A program made the translations under genes and the position numbers. A stretch of DNA of 64,000 nucleotides, from the NCBI GenBank assembly GCA_039096225.1, contig JBBPEB010000014.1, positions 2,232,001-2,296,000 on the forward strand. The letters are read 5' to 3'. How positions within the stretch are numbered: position 1 is the stretch's first letter; every line of letters starts with the position of its first letter. Below are positions 18,921-39,885 of the stretch, in pieces. The stretch is from Blastocystis sp. Blastoise (taxonomy: Eukaryota > Protista > Bigyra: Opalinata). The notes under the pieces are model-generated. The model was not told the DNA's origin, did no database searches, and was given only the letters and a program-made list of their open reading frames with translations.

Positions 18921-19443
18921 CTTAATAAAAAATACTTATAGAATTACCATGTATAGTTAGTTTTGTAGTATCTGAACTAAATAACTCAAAAGGAGTACTT
19001 GGCTGATTACGTCCATCATAATCTCCATATATAATAAAATCATTCAATTTCAAATAATCATAAAATAATTCCTTAACATGTACTAATAAATTGTTCTTTT
19101 TCTCATCGTTCATCTTTACTGAATATTCATTAATTATATTATACATATCAAAATTGTCTTTCAAATATAAAGAAGAAATATCCATAGTCTCCTCCATTAA
19201 AAACGGAATTAATTTCTTCATAGGAGAAGAAGGCATATCTATATAATAACTTTCATCTTCATATTTTTCAGAGTTTTGAATGATATCAAGAAAGGGTAGT
19301 TGATGGTATTTCTCAATATAGTCTTTAGAAATCCATAATTGAGTCTCATCTTGAAATGTAAATAAGTTTAAAAGAATATAAATATGTTTTATTCTTATTC
19401 AAATACACTTATCATCAATTAGTAACAATTCAGCAGCTGACAT
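17770..19443 (-). pseudogene. TLDc-domain family gene, degraded
   Basis: TLDc-like KEFHRYCDNKGETVTIIKH..IYGGYIDQS*..SKEFLFILSN. In-frame TGA at 18016-18018 where Trp is expected, in-frame TAG at 17830-17832, and the first intron acceptor reads AA (19368-19369). Confidence 0.75.
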
Positions 19444-19739
19444 TTTTTAATTGAGACTATAACAATTAGTTAATAACACTTAGAAATGCGTTTCGAAATA
19501 AGAAATAGATAAAATACTTTTAAAAAATTGTTGTACTCTATTAAAAATAGGATGAATACTTGTGAAGACGACAAAATTAAACTTTCAAAAAGAAACAAAA
19601 AAAAACACCATTGAGTGAATTCCCGGTTTTTTACCTACCTCTGACAAAACGTTCAAGTGATACAGGAATACTTTATGTATAGGGAATAAGAATCTTTTGT
19701 TGTAACTGAGTTTTTCTTCGATTGTGTGTTTGATATATA

Positions 19740-20687
19740 ATGTTTAGCCATCAAGCTCAACTAGGTACTATCTTGAAAGAAATACAGGATCAAGATACAA
19801 TAAAAGAATGTGTTAATGATGTCATTAGTCAGTTAGAATATGAGCAATACAATCGTTATTTGTATGTAAATACGATTCATATTTTATTTAGAATATATAG
19901 GCAAATGGTAGATGAAATAAATACCTTAAAGCATGAAAAGAGTGTTTTAGAGGATTCAAATTTACAATATCAGAATATTCATAAAGAAGAAGCGCAGGTA
20001 GGCTAATTGAAAAATATATTATTTTATTGTATTATGTATGATGTGTGTAGAGATGTTTTGCATTAAAAGAGTGTTTCGACAAAGAATTTACTAAATTACG
20101 TCAGCAATTAGAAGCTAAACAGAAGTAAGTTATTTTATATAGTATTTATTATGTTATGTTAGAAATATGGCAATGATTGACGAACTAGTTCGTCATGTAT
20201 CCGTTTTGAATGATGCAATAAAAGAGAAAGACAAACAATTAGATGTATTTTCAAATATTGTACGTGAAAACGAATTTAAAATGGAAAAATTGTTTGTTAA
20301 ATATGCAATGTATCTTTTTTTTTATATATATTTTTTTATATTTATATAAAATAATTATATATATTATATAAAGGTGTTTACGATGTCCTCCTCCTGATGA
20401 TATATATATGGAATCAAATAAGCAGCAAATATTTTCATTAATATCCGATACAGTGTTTAGTAATATTTTGTCTTATTTATGTGTATAGATATATACTATT
20501 TATATATATATCTATGTGAATTAGATATCAGATATATGTCACATGCGGCTGTTAAATAAATCAATTAAAGCACGTGCGGATCATTATGTTCATATTACGG
20601 TCGATTCTGTATGTTTATATATATATTTTTTAATTATATATATATATATAGAAAAATGAAAATACAAATGAAATTGTGGGTATGATA

Positions 20688-20725
<38 letters not shown>

Positions 20726-21055
20726 TAGTCTTTGATTCTGATGACGATAATATAGATGAAACTGTAGATATATATATATATATGTAATGTTTGTTTATAT
20801 AGACAACAACAACAGACACAGATTATAATTGTTTAGTCAATCCATATCCAAGTTTATATACAGATGCAATTACCAATATGGCTAATCATATAACAACTGA
20901 AATGGAAAATAAGCAAGTATTACTTAATAAAGAAGAACTTGTATATATTATATTATATTATATTATATTATATTATATTATATTATATTATATTATATTA
21001 TATATAGATTAGTTCCTTGAGTTGCGAGTTAGATGATAAATCAAATAGAATTATC

Positions 21056-21105
<50 letters not shown>

Positions 21106-21421
21106 GGATTTGGAGAAGAAGATAGATTCATTATCTCGTTCTATTTCTAATTATGAAGAATGTATAGAGACAAATAAAGTAGTATTAACATATCTTCATA
21201 CGCAACAAAATAAAACAGAGTATATATATTATATTATATTATATTATATTATATTATATTATATTATATATAGAGCAGATCGAAATCGTTTAGCCGCTTT
21301 AAATGATCAAAAAGATGTTATTATTCAAGTATATATATATAATATATAATATATTTTTATTACTTTATATATATAGGATTTAAAAAGACAAATAGATCAA
21401 TTGAAGAAAAATAAAAAGTAA
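19740..21421 (+). CDS. Coiled-coil protein with central F-box-like motif (many short exons)
   Basis: Heptad-rich exons; spliced LISDTVFSNILSYLC|ISDICHMRLLNKSIK resembles an F-box; stop TAA 21419-21421. Confidence 0.6.
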
Positions 21422-21993
21422 CGCATGTTGAATAATATTATATTAAATATCTTTCTATCTTAAATTATCTCTTATTTCTTTATGTTATTTGTTAAATTAA
21501 AATTTAAACAATATATATATATATATAAAGTATTAAGAACACTATGTAAATACTAAATATTTTGAAAAGAATAAAAATGAACACATCTTTACAATTCTGA
21601 GAGATATAAATTTGAATCTATTCATATAAGAATCTGTATTAGTTGAATACTTCTTGGATTGTTTAGAATATAAAATAAATGGATATGAATAACAGATTAA
21701 AGAAATGGAATCACACGTTTCAAAATTATATCATCTACAGTTGTCATTTAAACTTCTAATACATAGACTATACAACTAATATTGAATAGCACGCAATAAA
21801 ATACACAAAAATAAAAAAGAATTCATAAATGAAAATTATCTGACTGTTCTTTGAAAAACCAGAAAATTCCATGGGAATTTTAAAAGTCTTTTTTCTGGTC
21901 TTTTTAATTATTTTTTATTATTCTTGTGATATACAGTAAGAAAGATTCTGATTTGATCAAAATCTCATACATCTCAAAGGATTATTATAAAGA

Positions 21994-23259
<1,266 letters not shown>

Positions 23260-23773
23260 ATTATTTATTAAAATATAACTTTTCTATTATATATATATAT
23301 TATTTATTAATTTCTTTTTCTACATAATATAACATTTGTTTGTTTATTTTTTTTTTATTATTCTATATTCTATATATATATTTTATTTTGTTCTTTTTCA
23401 TCTTTTTATGTGTGTTAGTCGTGTACTAATTTTGTTACTAGTTCTTTTTATTTATTTGCTAGTTTTATACAATTCTTTTTAAGTATTAATATGACAATAA
23501 ATTAATATAACAAAACAAAAATAATGAATTGTCTAAATTTAAATGTAATTAAATAAAAAATATGTAATAACATGTGTTTAATCATGAAAGACTTAATACT
23601 AAAATGAGAAGATAAATAAGTATGTTATAATAATGCTGAAGTATAAATGTAAACACATTAAAAGAGAAGATATGAAAGAAAAGAATAATAATAAATTAAA
23701 ATTATAAATAAAAGATATAAAATAAAGAATTGAATATAGATATATAATATATTAGTCAATATAGTAACCTATC

Positions 23774-25051
23774 TTAAGCACAATTATATGTTTTCACACT
23801 GACCTTTGTAATACTAGTTTTATCAGTAAATATAGTATCCATTTCATCTTTTAATAAGTCTTCAAATTCACTAATAAAAGTAGTACTAAGAATAGTTTGG
23901 ACATTAGAACAAACATAATTGAGTGCTGATAAATAAGTTTCTTGTTTATCTTTTTGAACAGTAAAACGAATAGATACACTACTACTATCAATATCAAGAG
24001 CATTAGGTTTAATACCAAAAAATTCAAAATCTAATAAAGAAGCATGAACAGAAGAGATTACAGCTGAATACATATTAAGAATAACTTCAGAATTAATAAA
24101 TTGAGAATTAACTTTATTGAAAACCATTTCAATATCAATATATGCTTCGTTTTCATTACCAAATCCAGAAATAGATTTACAATTAGAATAATCAATAGCA
24201 CTCCAATCAGATTCACCTTCAATAGCAGTACATTTTGTAATAGCATTACCAACTTGATTCTCAGGACAAGGTAAATAAAGAATAGTACCAAAATCATAAG
24301 TAGTAACTTGATCATCTTCTATTCTCTTACATCCTTCTTCACTATCATAAGCAGTAACAGAAGTAATTATAAGAGATACAGCAGGGTGGAAAACTGTAGG
24401 TAAATTCTCCTTTAAATCCTTAAGAATACTAGAAGCAATAGAATCTTGTTGAGAAGAATCAGATTGTTCAGAAGAAAGATAATAATTAGTATATGATGGA
24501 AGAGTAGCAATACGAACAAAAACATCAGTGATAGGTTCAGAATTAGGAAGACCATTAGCATCTACATTTTTAGCTTGAGCAAAAGCAATATCAATATTAC
24601 TTACAGTAAAAGGGAAAACTTTAATTAAAGTAAATATTAAATTGTTCTTAGCAGCATAAGAAATATGACCAGGAAGTAATCCCTTAAAAGTTAAAACCAT
24701 ATCAACAGCAGAAGTACCAACAGGTATACCTGTAGCATCAAAAGTATTTGAATAGCAATAAGTATTGCTAACAATAGAATAAGAGCCATCCTTTATAACA
24801 CATTTTTGTTCACTAGCACCACTACCTTCACTACAGGAATCGACCTTAGAATATAATGGTAAAAGTGAGCCACAGCCATCAGCAAATGATACACATTTAC
24901 CATCTACAGAATATAAATTAGAACCACATTCTACACATGCACCACTTTCGATATAACCATTACACCATTGTAAACAGTTATCACCATAGTAACCAGGGAA
25001 GCAAGTAGCAGCAGCAAGAGCAGCAAATAGTAAAGTATAAAAGAATTTCAT
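23774..25051 (-). CDS. Secreted Cys-rich protein (EGF/furin-like N-terminus, HRM-like Cys/Trp module, two alpha/beta domains); intronless
   Basis: 425-aa ORF; signal peptide MKFFYTLLFAALAAA; CFPGYYGDNC; LPCPENQVGNAITKC..W..IDYSNC. Confidence 0.85.
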   Translation of the reverse strand: MKFFYTLLFAALAAATCFPGYYGDNCLQWCNGYIESGACVECGSNLYSVDGKCVSFADGCGSLLPLYSKVDSCSEGSGASEQKCVIKDGSYSIVSNTYCYSNTFDATGIPVGTSAVDMVLTFKGLLPGHISYAAKNNLIFTLIKVFPFTVSNIDIAFAQAKNVDANGLPNSEPITDVFVRIATLPSYTNYYLSSEQSDSSQQDSIASSILKDLKENLPTVFHPAVSLIITSVTAYDSEEGCKRIEDDQVTTYDFGTILYLPCPENQVGNAITKCTAIEGESDWSAIDYSNCKSISGFGNENEAYIDIEMVFNKVNSQFINSEVILNMYSAVISSVHASLLDFEFFGIKPNALDIDSSSVSIRFTVQKDKQETYLSALNYVCSNVQTILSTTFISEFEDLLKDEMDTIFTDKTSITKVSVKTYNCA

Positions 25052-26800
25052 CACTGTAAAAAATAAGTCAATGAGAAAAATAAATAAATAAAATATAATC
25101 TGATTTTCAAACCATTTCTATTAGATCCATTTTCCATATGTCCACGTTGAAAAACAACATTGAAGACACATATTCCAACGTGAGAAATATAATGAAGAAT
25201 TTTGTATAAAAAGCACTGCAGAATCTATTTCTTTCAAATTTTCAACAAAAAGACGTTGTCATTCTTTTGTGTTTTCTAGACTATCTCCTCTGGTTAGTGT
25301 TTTTGAACTTTACGAATAATAAATATTCATTTTATTACATTTTTGGACATAAAATCGCTATAAAATAGGCTATTTGGTTCATTAATAGAATAATTGATAG
25401 CAATAAAATATTAATTTATTAAATAAGAGCATGACAATAGAAATATGAAAGGATAAAGAAAATAATAGTGGTAAGTTGTTGTGGAAAGTCGGGTTTTAAG
25501 GAATAGAAGTCAAGAACATCAAAACATCATATTATTACATAAATACTAGTATAAAGCTTATGAGTAAGATGCTGATGTTTTTTAATGCTATTAGAAACTT
25601 AATAATGAAAGCAAATTTAAAAAGAGTTGAAAACATTGAGAGAAGAGCATGGTATAGATCCTGTTCTTTGTGTGTTGTTGTGTAGTTTTTTTTGCTAAAA
25701 AACTAGTTGCTAATAAGTGACTCTTGTGAATATGAAATGCATTTTAGTATACTATTTTCATATAAGAGAGACTTAATGACATACTTACAATGCTGATAAA
25801 TAGAAATTCAACAAAGTATTCTATATTTAATGACAATGATACTATTTAAATTATCATAATGTATGAAATCATATTCTTTTGATATCCGTATTTGTGGCGA
25901 TCATCATCCTCATATTCTTTTACAAGACAGTGGTCCTCTGTTCAGAGATTGTAATCAATTGATAACATTTTTTTGTGTTTATAACATCTCCAAATAGCAG
26001 TATTCATATATAAATCGTTCGACGCGACTAGAAGAACGACAATACATAAATAATTTGATGAAAGAATAGTAAAAAAAATTTAAAATGGAAAAATAGAAAA
26101 TATTTAAAAATTCTATTATATTTTTACTTTCTTTTGTGCTTAACAACTATTTTTTTTGAAAAATATTAAAAAAATGACTTTTATGTTTAATATAACAATT
26201 CTAAGGCTGGTGTGTCATTTATTAACGATAATTCTAACTTTGATTGTTGGATGATAACAATCTATTGTTTCAATTATGTTCTTGGCTTGGTATAATTGTT
26301 CTAAGAATGCATCGGAAATATTATTAGCATATGTACCAAATAAAATTTGCTCTTTGCAATGAAAAATACATTTTATTTCTTAGTTTCTATGATAAACTAA
26401 TAGTAAAATAAAGATTACAGAAGATAGTTTTGATCAAAATATACAATTCAACTAAAAACTATAGTGTTTGAAGATGATTGTGGTTGTTTTTAAAAGCAAA
26501 TATGCATTTCTTGATTTGAAAATCATGCATATATGTATAAATAGGCATAAGTATAAAGTATTTTGAAAAAATATAATGTATCTCGACATAATAAAAAAAA
26601 GCAAATTGAAATGATATGGATAATTCGGAAAGAAACAAAGAACAAGTAGTAAACCATATAGGTAATAATATATATAACAATAAAAATTATAGAATGACAT
26701 TATAATAAAATATTTATAAAAGTATAGAGTAAAATGTAGATAAAAAACAATTAATATATATAAAAATAATAGTAAAAGAAAGATAAAATATAAGTTATTA

Positions 26801-29908
<3,108 letters not shown>

Positions 29909-30850
29909 TATTTTAAATAAATAACTAAAATAAAGATTATTAACTATTAGAATTTCATAGACAACAAACTTACACAGCAAGCAAGTATAAAATGGATAAT
30001 CTGATGAACACAAAAAAAGTCTTCTTGGGTTCTTGAGTAATAGACATATAAGGTTCAGGTAAACGATCAGCAATACTAGTTGAAGGCGAGATTCGTCTTA
30101 CTATAGACAACAAGAATCTATTGTTCATAAACAAATATAAATAAAAATAGCTTAATCTATAAAGATTAATAACCTTTATCGATATCTATAACAAAATTTT
30201 TTTTTAATTTTTTCTTTTATCAAATTCTTTTTCAGCATATAGAAAAATTTTTCAGTCTTAGACTAATTGTGAATAAATTATTCAAGTTGTTAAATCTATT
30301 GAAATTTGTTCAACATATATTTAAATATCTATCTAGAGTAAGTAGGAAGTAGAAATAAGTAGTAAATCTAAAGTATAAATATTGAATCAAGTTGAAACAA
30401 AACAAAAAATGTTTGAAACAACATTCAACTTAATAGAGACGACTTAAGGAAAGTCTTCCTAATAGGAATATCTGTTTCTTTAATTTAATTGAATTTGATC
30501 GTGTGATTCTTGTGCAACTTAAGAATAAAAATGGCTTTTAAAATTGTAATTCAGAGTACAATGAACACAACAGTATGCTTATTGAGAATAGTATTGAGAA
30601 TATTGAAAATCAATCACTGATAAGAAGCAAGAATATTCGTATCCAATTCATTGAAAGAGATGAATATATATATATACTCAAAAATATAGACATTCAAGTT
30701 GCTTGATGAAGTATAAAAACGTTAAAAGCAAAATAATAATTTTAAGAAATTATTCAGCTCAAATTCTGTTAGGCGAACTGTATGTTTCATTATTTATGAT
30801 TCAAAGTTTATAATAAATTTATTGATGTTATAATTAAGATATTTAAGAAG

Positions 30851-33800
30851 ATGAAGTATATTGTCGATGTATCCTTTATAATCAATTCGAAATATTTTTT
30901 GTGTATTATTTAGATTCAAAATGCGATTGAGGATGTGTCTGTGGACTCTTTAGGTGGTAAAGGATGTTCATTAGTGAAATTGTCAAGAGGAGGATTTCCT
31001 GTTCCAGAAGGATTTATAATCACAACTCAAGGATACAATGTATTTGCGGATTCTATTTCTTTGAAGGAGAAATATTCTGATATTTCTGAGCGAGATACAT
31101 TCACTTTAGAAGATGCTGAGATGATAAGTGATGAGATCTATGAAATATTTTCTAAAAGTGTTTTTCCTGAAGAATATAAAGAAGACTTGTTATTTTATAT
31201 AGAGAAAATGAAGAATAATTCGTTATTTGATATTAATTTATTAGCAATTCGTTCTTCTGCGACAACAGAAGATTTAGGTGATGCTTCTTTTGCTGGTATG
31301 CATGATACACTATTGAATGTGTCTATAAATAAAGAAGATATTGAGAAAGCTGTCCTACAATGTTGGTCTTCTTTATATACTCCTCGAGCTATTTTATATC
31401 GATATGAAAAGAGATTTCCTATAATAGATACATCAATAGCAGTCGTAGTTCAGAGAATGGTTCCTTCTGAGAAATCCGGAGTTATCTTTTCAAGTGATCC
31501 TCAAACGAGTTCTCGAGAACATATTTCTTTAGATGGAGTAATAGGATTAGGAGAAGCGTTAGTAAGTGGAATGGTAAGTACAGATCATTGGTCTATTCGT
31601 AAACACTATCCTGTTTCTTATAAGAAGACAGAATTAAGAATAGTTGAACGAACTATTAATCATCAATTATTTGCTTTATATACAAAGAAAGAAGGAGGTA
31701 CTGAAAAGAAAGAATTAAAAGAAGAAGAAGGAAAGAAAGCTTGTTTTAATGATAATGAAGTAGGTTGAATTTATTTATTATGTTTTTTATTTTATATTAT
31801 TATCTTTTTATTTAATAATGTCATTAATTATTATTATTTTATTTATTTATTATTTTATAATAATAAAATTATCTTTAAATAGATTTATACAATAAGTCAA
31901 TATGCTGTAGATATAGAGAACTATTATAAGAAACCAATGGATATGGAATTTTGTGTGTATAAAGATCATTTTTATATAGTTCAAGCAAGACCTATTACTA
32001 CTTTAATTGAATTACCTGAAGGTATATATATATATTCTCTTTTATTATATATATAAAATATATAAAATTATAATTATCTAATAAATTCTATATATATATA
32101 TATAGATTTGGATCCATTAAGTCCTTCCTATAAGCCTGCTTTTCACTGTTATGTGAGTTATAATCATATACAAATGATTACAAATCCTATTGATTATATG
32201 ACTTTCTCTATTAATAATCATTGTGAGAGAGATAGTGCCATGTATACTCGATATATAGCTGGATATATATATACAGATAGAGCTCCTATGTTTTGTGAGT
32301 ATCTATGTAGATGGACTATTATTAATGCATATAAATATCATTTTGAAACCGAAGTAGGAAATGTAAGTTTCTTTAATGTTATATATATATATTTTTTATA
32401 TTATTTTTTTCTATTTTTTTTATAAAAGTATTTTATTTATATTATATAATTATTACTAACTATTTGTTTATAAAATGCTTATTTCTTCCTTTTTTCTTAT
32501 CTCTACATATATATAAAATATATTAATAATATATTAATAATATATATAATATATAATCTATATAGGCTATGGAAGAATGGTATAAAAGTGATTTTTATTA
32601 CAATCGACATACTGTTCATTTCTTTCCTTTTCTTAAGGGCATGTGCTCGTTGGCTTTTCCTTTTCTATATACTGTTGCTTATTATTACTACTTATTCTAT
32701 AATCCTGATACTATTATGAAAACTATTCAAAATAAATATGATAGCATGATCAATCTCTTCAATTCCTATATAGAAAAACAACAAAAAGATATAAATTCAA
32801 TTTCTTTAAAAGAAATCTATGATATTCCTTATTATTCGACATATATTTATACTGAACTGGCTCCTTTTATGACGATTTCTGTGTTATGTCGTCAAAAGAT
32901 TCACAATATCTTTATAAAGAATTCTATTGATTTACAATTAGAAGAGAAAATATATGGAGGAAGAAGAAGTAATTTGGCAGTTATTATGGATTCTTTAGTT
33001 TCGGAATTATACACTATTATACAGAAATGTGAAATTGAAAAACAAGGTTTTATTGATTCTTTAAAAGTATATATATATGTAAAAATATCTTTCTATTTTC
33101 TTAATGTAGATTTATTTTAATATATATATATATATTAAAAATACTATTTATAATACTATAATATATAGAGTTTATTTTATGAGAATACAAATGATGAAGA
33201 TGAAATAGAATTAAAAAAATATATTTTTTCTTTGAAAGATAGTTCTATATCTGTTTATAAACAGTTTTATATAGTGTATACTAAATTTATGAATATGTTT
33301 GGAAGACGAGGACCTGGAGAAATATCTATTATTAACAAAAGATATATTGATCAACCGTCTATTCTTCTTAAAACAGTATTAAACGCTTCTTATGAGGGAT
33401 TAGAACACAAATCACCTGATGCGTTAGAACAAGAATCCAATCAATTGGTCGATGACGTATATATAATGTTTTTAAATTTCATTAAATAAAAAATCATTTA
33501 TATATATATATATTTTATTTCAGTAAAAAAATCATTTATATGTAATACTATTTTATTTCATTAAAAAGTAATCATATATATAATACTATTCTATTCTATT
33601 TCGTTTCTCTTTAGAATATATATATATATATATATATATATACAAAACTATTCTATTTCATTTCTTTTAAAATTATCAAATAATATATCTATAAACTTTA
33701 TAGATTTGTGGTCAATTATCTCTTTCTGATGCTTCTACATTACGTTATTATTTAGAACCTGCGAGAATCACATATATATATCGAGAACATCCTAAATATT

Positions 33801-34426
33801 GTACTATTTCTCATTACTATTTATACAGACAGAAAATACTTCAAATAGGGAAACAAATGGTGGAAAAAAATATTATTTCGTCTATTTCAGATATTTTTCA
33901 TTTGTCTATTGAAGAATTACTTGATATTGAAAATCATTCTCTTAATATTTTGTCTCTTCTTCCTATTCTATCTAAACGTAAATCTTTATATAATCATGCA
34001 TTTACAAATCCTCCTCCTCGACTGATTATTTCTTCTTATTCAGCACTAATTAGTGTATCTGAAAAGACAAAAAGAGAATTATTAAATTTACCTGAAAATA
34101 TCTTAAAAGGAATGCCTACATCAGCAGGTATAGTTGAAGGAAAAGCAGTAGTTGTTTTAGATCCAAAAGAAAGTCATTTACAAAAAGGTGATATATTAGT
34201 AGCTCCTGCTACTGATCCTGGTTGGACACCATTATTTGTACCTGCTTCTGCTGTTGTGATTGCTATAGGTGGTCCTCTTACTCATGGATCTATTGTAGCT
34301 AGAGAAATGGGTATTCCTTGTGTTGTTAATGTAAATAATTTAATGGAAAAAGTCAAAACTGGTATGAGAATTAGAGTTGATGGAAGTAAAGGAACTATTG
34401 AAATACTTGATGAGAATAAAAACTAA
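30851..34426 (+). CDS. Rifamycin-phosphotransferase (RPH)-like / PEP-utilising kinase: ATP-grasp, substrate domain, C-terminal phospho-His swivel; 7 exons
   Basis: LGGKG, PVPEGF, AIRSSATTEDL..ASFAG, GLGEALVSG, QARPITTL, HCYVSYNHIQMITNP, FGRRGPGEI, PPPRLI, TDPGWTPLF, GGPLTHGSIVAREMGIPCVV, IRVDGSKG. Introns approx 30869-30914, 31760-31882, 32022-32105, 32363-32565, 33067-33169, 33457-33702. Confidence 0.88.
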
Positions 34427-34981
34427 ATTTGCTAGTTTTATTTTATTTAAAATCATTATTTGATCTTTATTATTTGCTGCTATTCATATATTAGATTAAT
34501 CCATATTTTATTCATTGTATTCTTGTTTTATTTTTGTTAATGTTTTTTCATTTGTGTTATATTACTCTTTATTTATTTTGTTTCAATTAAATATAATCAT
34601 AGAAGGATAGAATAGATATTTAGATTCTTATAAATAGGATACATAGACACTATTACATTTTCATTATATTCATATATTAACAAGTATTAAATAATTCTTA
34701 CTGTACGAGTTAAAGATAACGTGTTAATGAAATCTATGTACAATATTGAACAAAAGAAAGCTTAATTGAACAAAATTAAAAAATAAAATCGAAATTGACA
34801 TTGTTTGTATGTAAAAAAACTTTCTTGGGATGGAGTTTTTTGGTTTAAAAAATAATCCTCACATTTGTTTTGAAGGATATAGATTATATATCCTTTTGAT
34901 CATATTTGAATTGTATTAAGGAATATGTGAAGACTCTACTAAGAATGAAAATAAATATATATTGTGTGAAATTAATTGTAT

Positions 34982-37575
<2,594 letters not shown>

Positions 37576-39885
37576 ATATATATATATATATATTTTAAAT
37601 AACTATTTTTTATTCTTATAATTATATTGTATATATCTTATTAAAAAGAAAATAACAAACATTATGATTCATACTTCTATGTCTTTCTTCTTTTATGAAT
37701 ATATATGTATTTATTTGTGTTAAATTAGTATATATATAATATATGTGATAGTGCATAATAATCAGTTTATTCTAACAATTATTCTTATTAATCATTTTTA
37801 ATAAAAACCTATAAAACAATCTCATATTTAATACATTAAAGGCCTTTATTTTAATAAAATATCGTTTTCCTTAAAATTTATCAAAAAATATCCTTAGAAT
37901 ATCTCAGTTTATAGATGAAAAACACTGACTAAATATGATATTATCCAAAATAATTTAACACACACATATAAAAAAATTAATATATGTATCTTTTTTTACA
38001 AAATTTTGCTGTTAAATAAAAATTGTTCTCTATTTGGATATTAAAACGAAAAAGTTGAACATATAAATTAGCTTACACAAAATAGATTCAACCAAAAAAA
38101 TTTATTCTATTTCGTGTTGAAGGATAAAAAAATATGATTTCTTCTTCTTATTGCCATATACTTTCTTCAAAAAAATGCAAACACTATTAATATTGTATTA
38201 TCAATATAAAAAAAGGTATATAGAGTGATGAATATTCTGAAAGGTAATGAATGTTAAGCCATGATTCTATGTTCCAAATATTCACTAGTAGAATCATATT
38301 GTAGTATTATGTGCAGTATAACACGAGCAATAGTGAAGAATGATTATCTTTTGATATAGCAGAATGTATATGCAAAAAATCATATGAGAAAAAACTCATA
38401 TGACACCCAAATGAGTTTTTTATTTAACGTTTTTATTTACACGAGTCATAATTTTTTAACATTCATTTGCTCTCTCCTTATGAAAGTGTATTATCATATT
38501 TTAATGAAGGACTTAAAAGAGCTTTTCTACACTCATATTGAACCAATTAAAGACTTTTTTGAGTTTTTTCTTCAAGAAATCTTTCTGAAACAGTTTCTAA
38601 GCTTTTCACTTCTCATTTAATCAACTATATAACATCATGAATGATTTAAATGAAGAATATTTGGTCTTTAAAAATTATTTCTTTAACTAAAAAACTGCTA
38701 TACTGCTATAGAATAGCTGAAAAGCTATATATACTGTCACATATATTCTGTAAATCCTAGGAAGAATGTCAAATAGTGGATTACTTACTGTTGATGATTA
38801 TTTTACTAGTTGATTGACTTTAATATAACTAGAATCACCAAGAAAAGAAGAAAAAATACATATAAAAACATACAATTCCTTCTTAATTTATATTTATTTT
38901 GTTTGCTTGACAGAAAAAGCAAATGAAATAGTTTCTATAGAAAAATTTTATATAAAAAAAACATTTTCTTTGATTCCTCGATGAAAAGGTTTTTCACGGG
39001 AATAATTAGGGTACATGACATTACATTTAAATTTTATATTAGAAAGGGTTGTTTTGTGTTCTTGTTTGAAGCCTAAAGGTTTACATTTTGTTATGAAGCC
39101 ATACTAATATATTGTTCAAATGTATTGTATACAAATAGTCTTTTTTTATTTTAAATCAAGAGTTTCTTTTACTTAAGATGATGTCATTGTTGTTAGTCGT
39201 CATGCTCTTATTAAAGACATATGCAGTATTGGACTTGAGTTTTTATAAGAGCCATTTAATTATTTGAAATGATTATTACATCATTTTTCATATTTCTGAT
39301 TCAAGTCTTTTTTTAATCTCATTTGTATGTATGCTTTAGAATACATAAATTGAATACATTTTGAAATGCAAAATGTAGTTTAACACTTGGCTATTTATTT
39401 GCTTAGAAAAGTAGCAACAAATGTATATATATAACTATTTTTAGTAAATGAATGAAAATATTTTGATTTATTGTATTTAGTAAGAGAAACTTGATTTATA
39501 AGTCATATAAAACATTCTTGTCAGTATATAGTATAGAATAATAAACAGAAATAACATTAGGAGCGTAATGTAAGTAATTCAAAATCCAACTATAATATGA
39601 GGAAAAATAGGAGTAATATATATTATTTTTTTGGGCATATGTTTGTTTATAATGGTGGAATTCTGTTAGAAATAGGGCTTTATTTCGATATATGTCCCCT
39701 TTAAATTATAGCCATTCGTTAATTTCTCTGCTGATTCTTAGATAAGGGCTGGCTCCTCTGAAGCAGACGTTTTAAAATCTATAAGAATTTTCTATTTTAT
39801 TCTCTTTTTTTCTACATAAATCTTTTATTTTAGTATTAAAGATTATTTCTACATCTTTTATTAATAACAATAAGACTAGGATAAT

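Noticed and set aside
23330-23350. Blastocystis-type stop codons created by polyadenylation (TGTTTGTT motif)
   Set aside because: The motif occurs downstream of the NOL7-like gene, but every gene whose end I could resolve already has a genomic stop codon.
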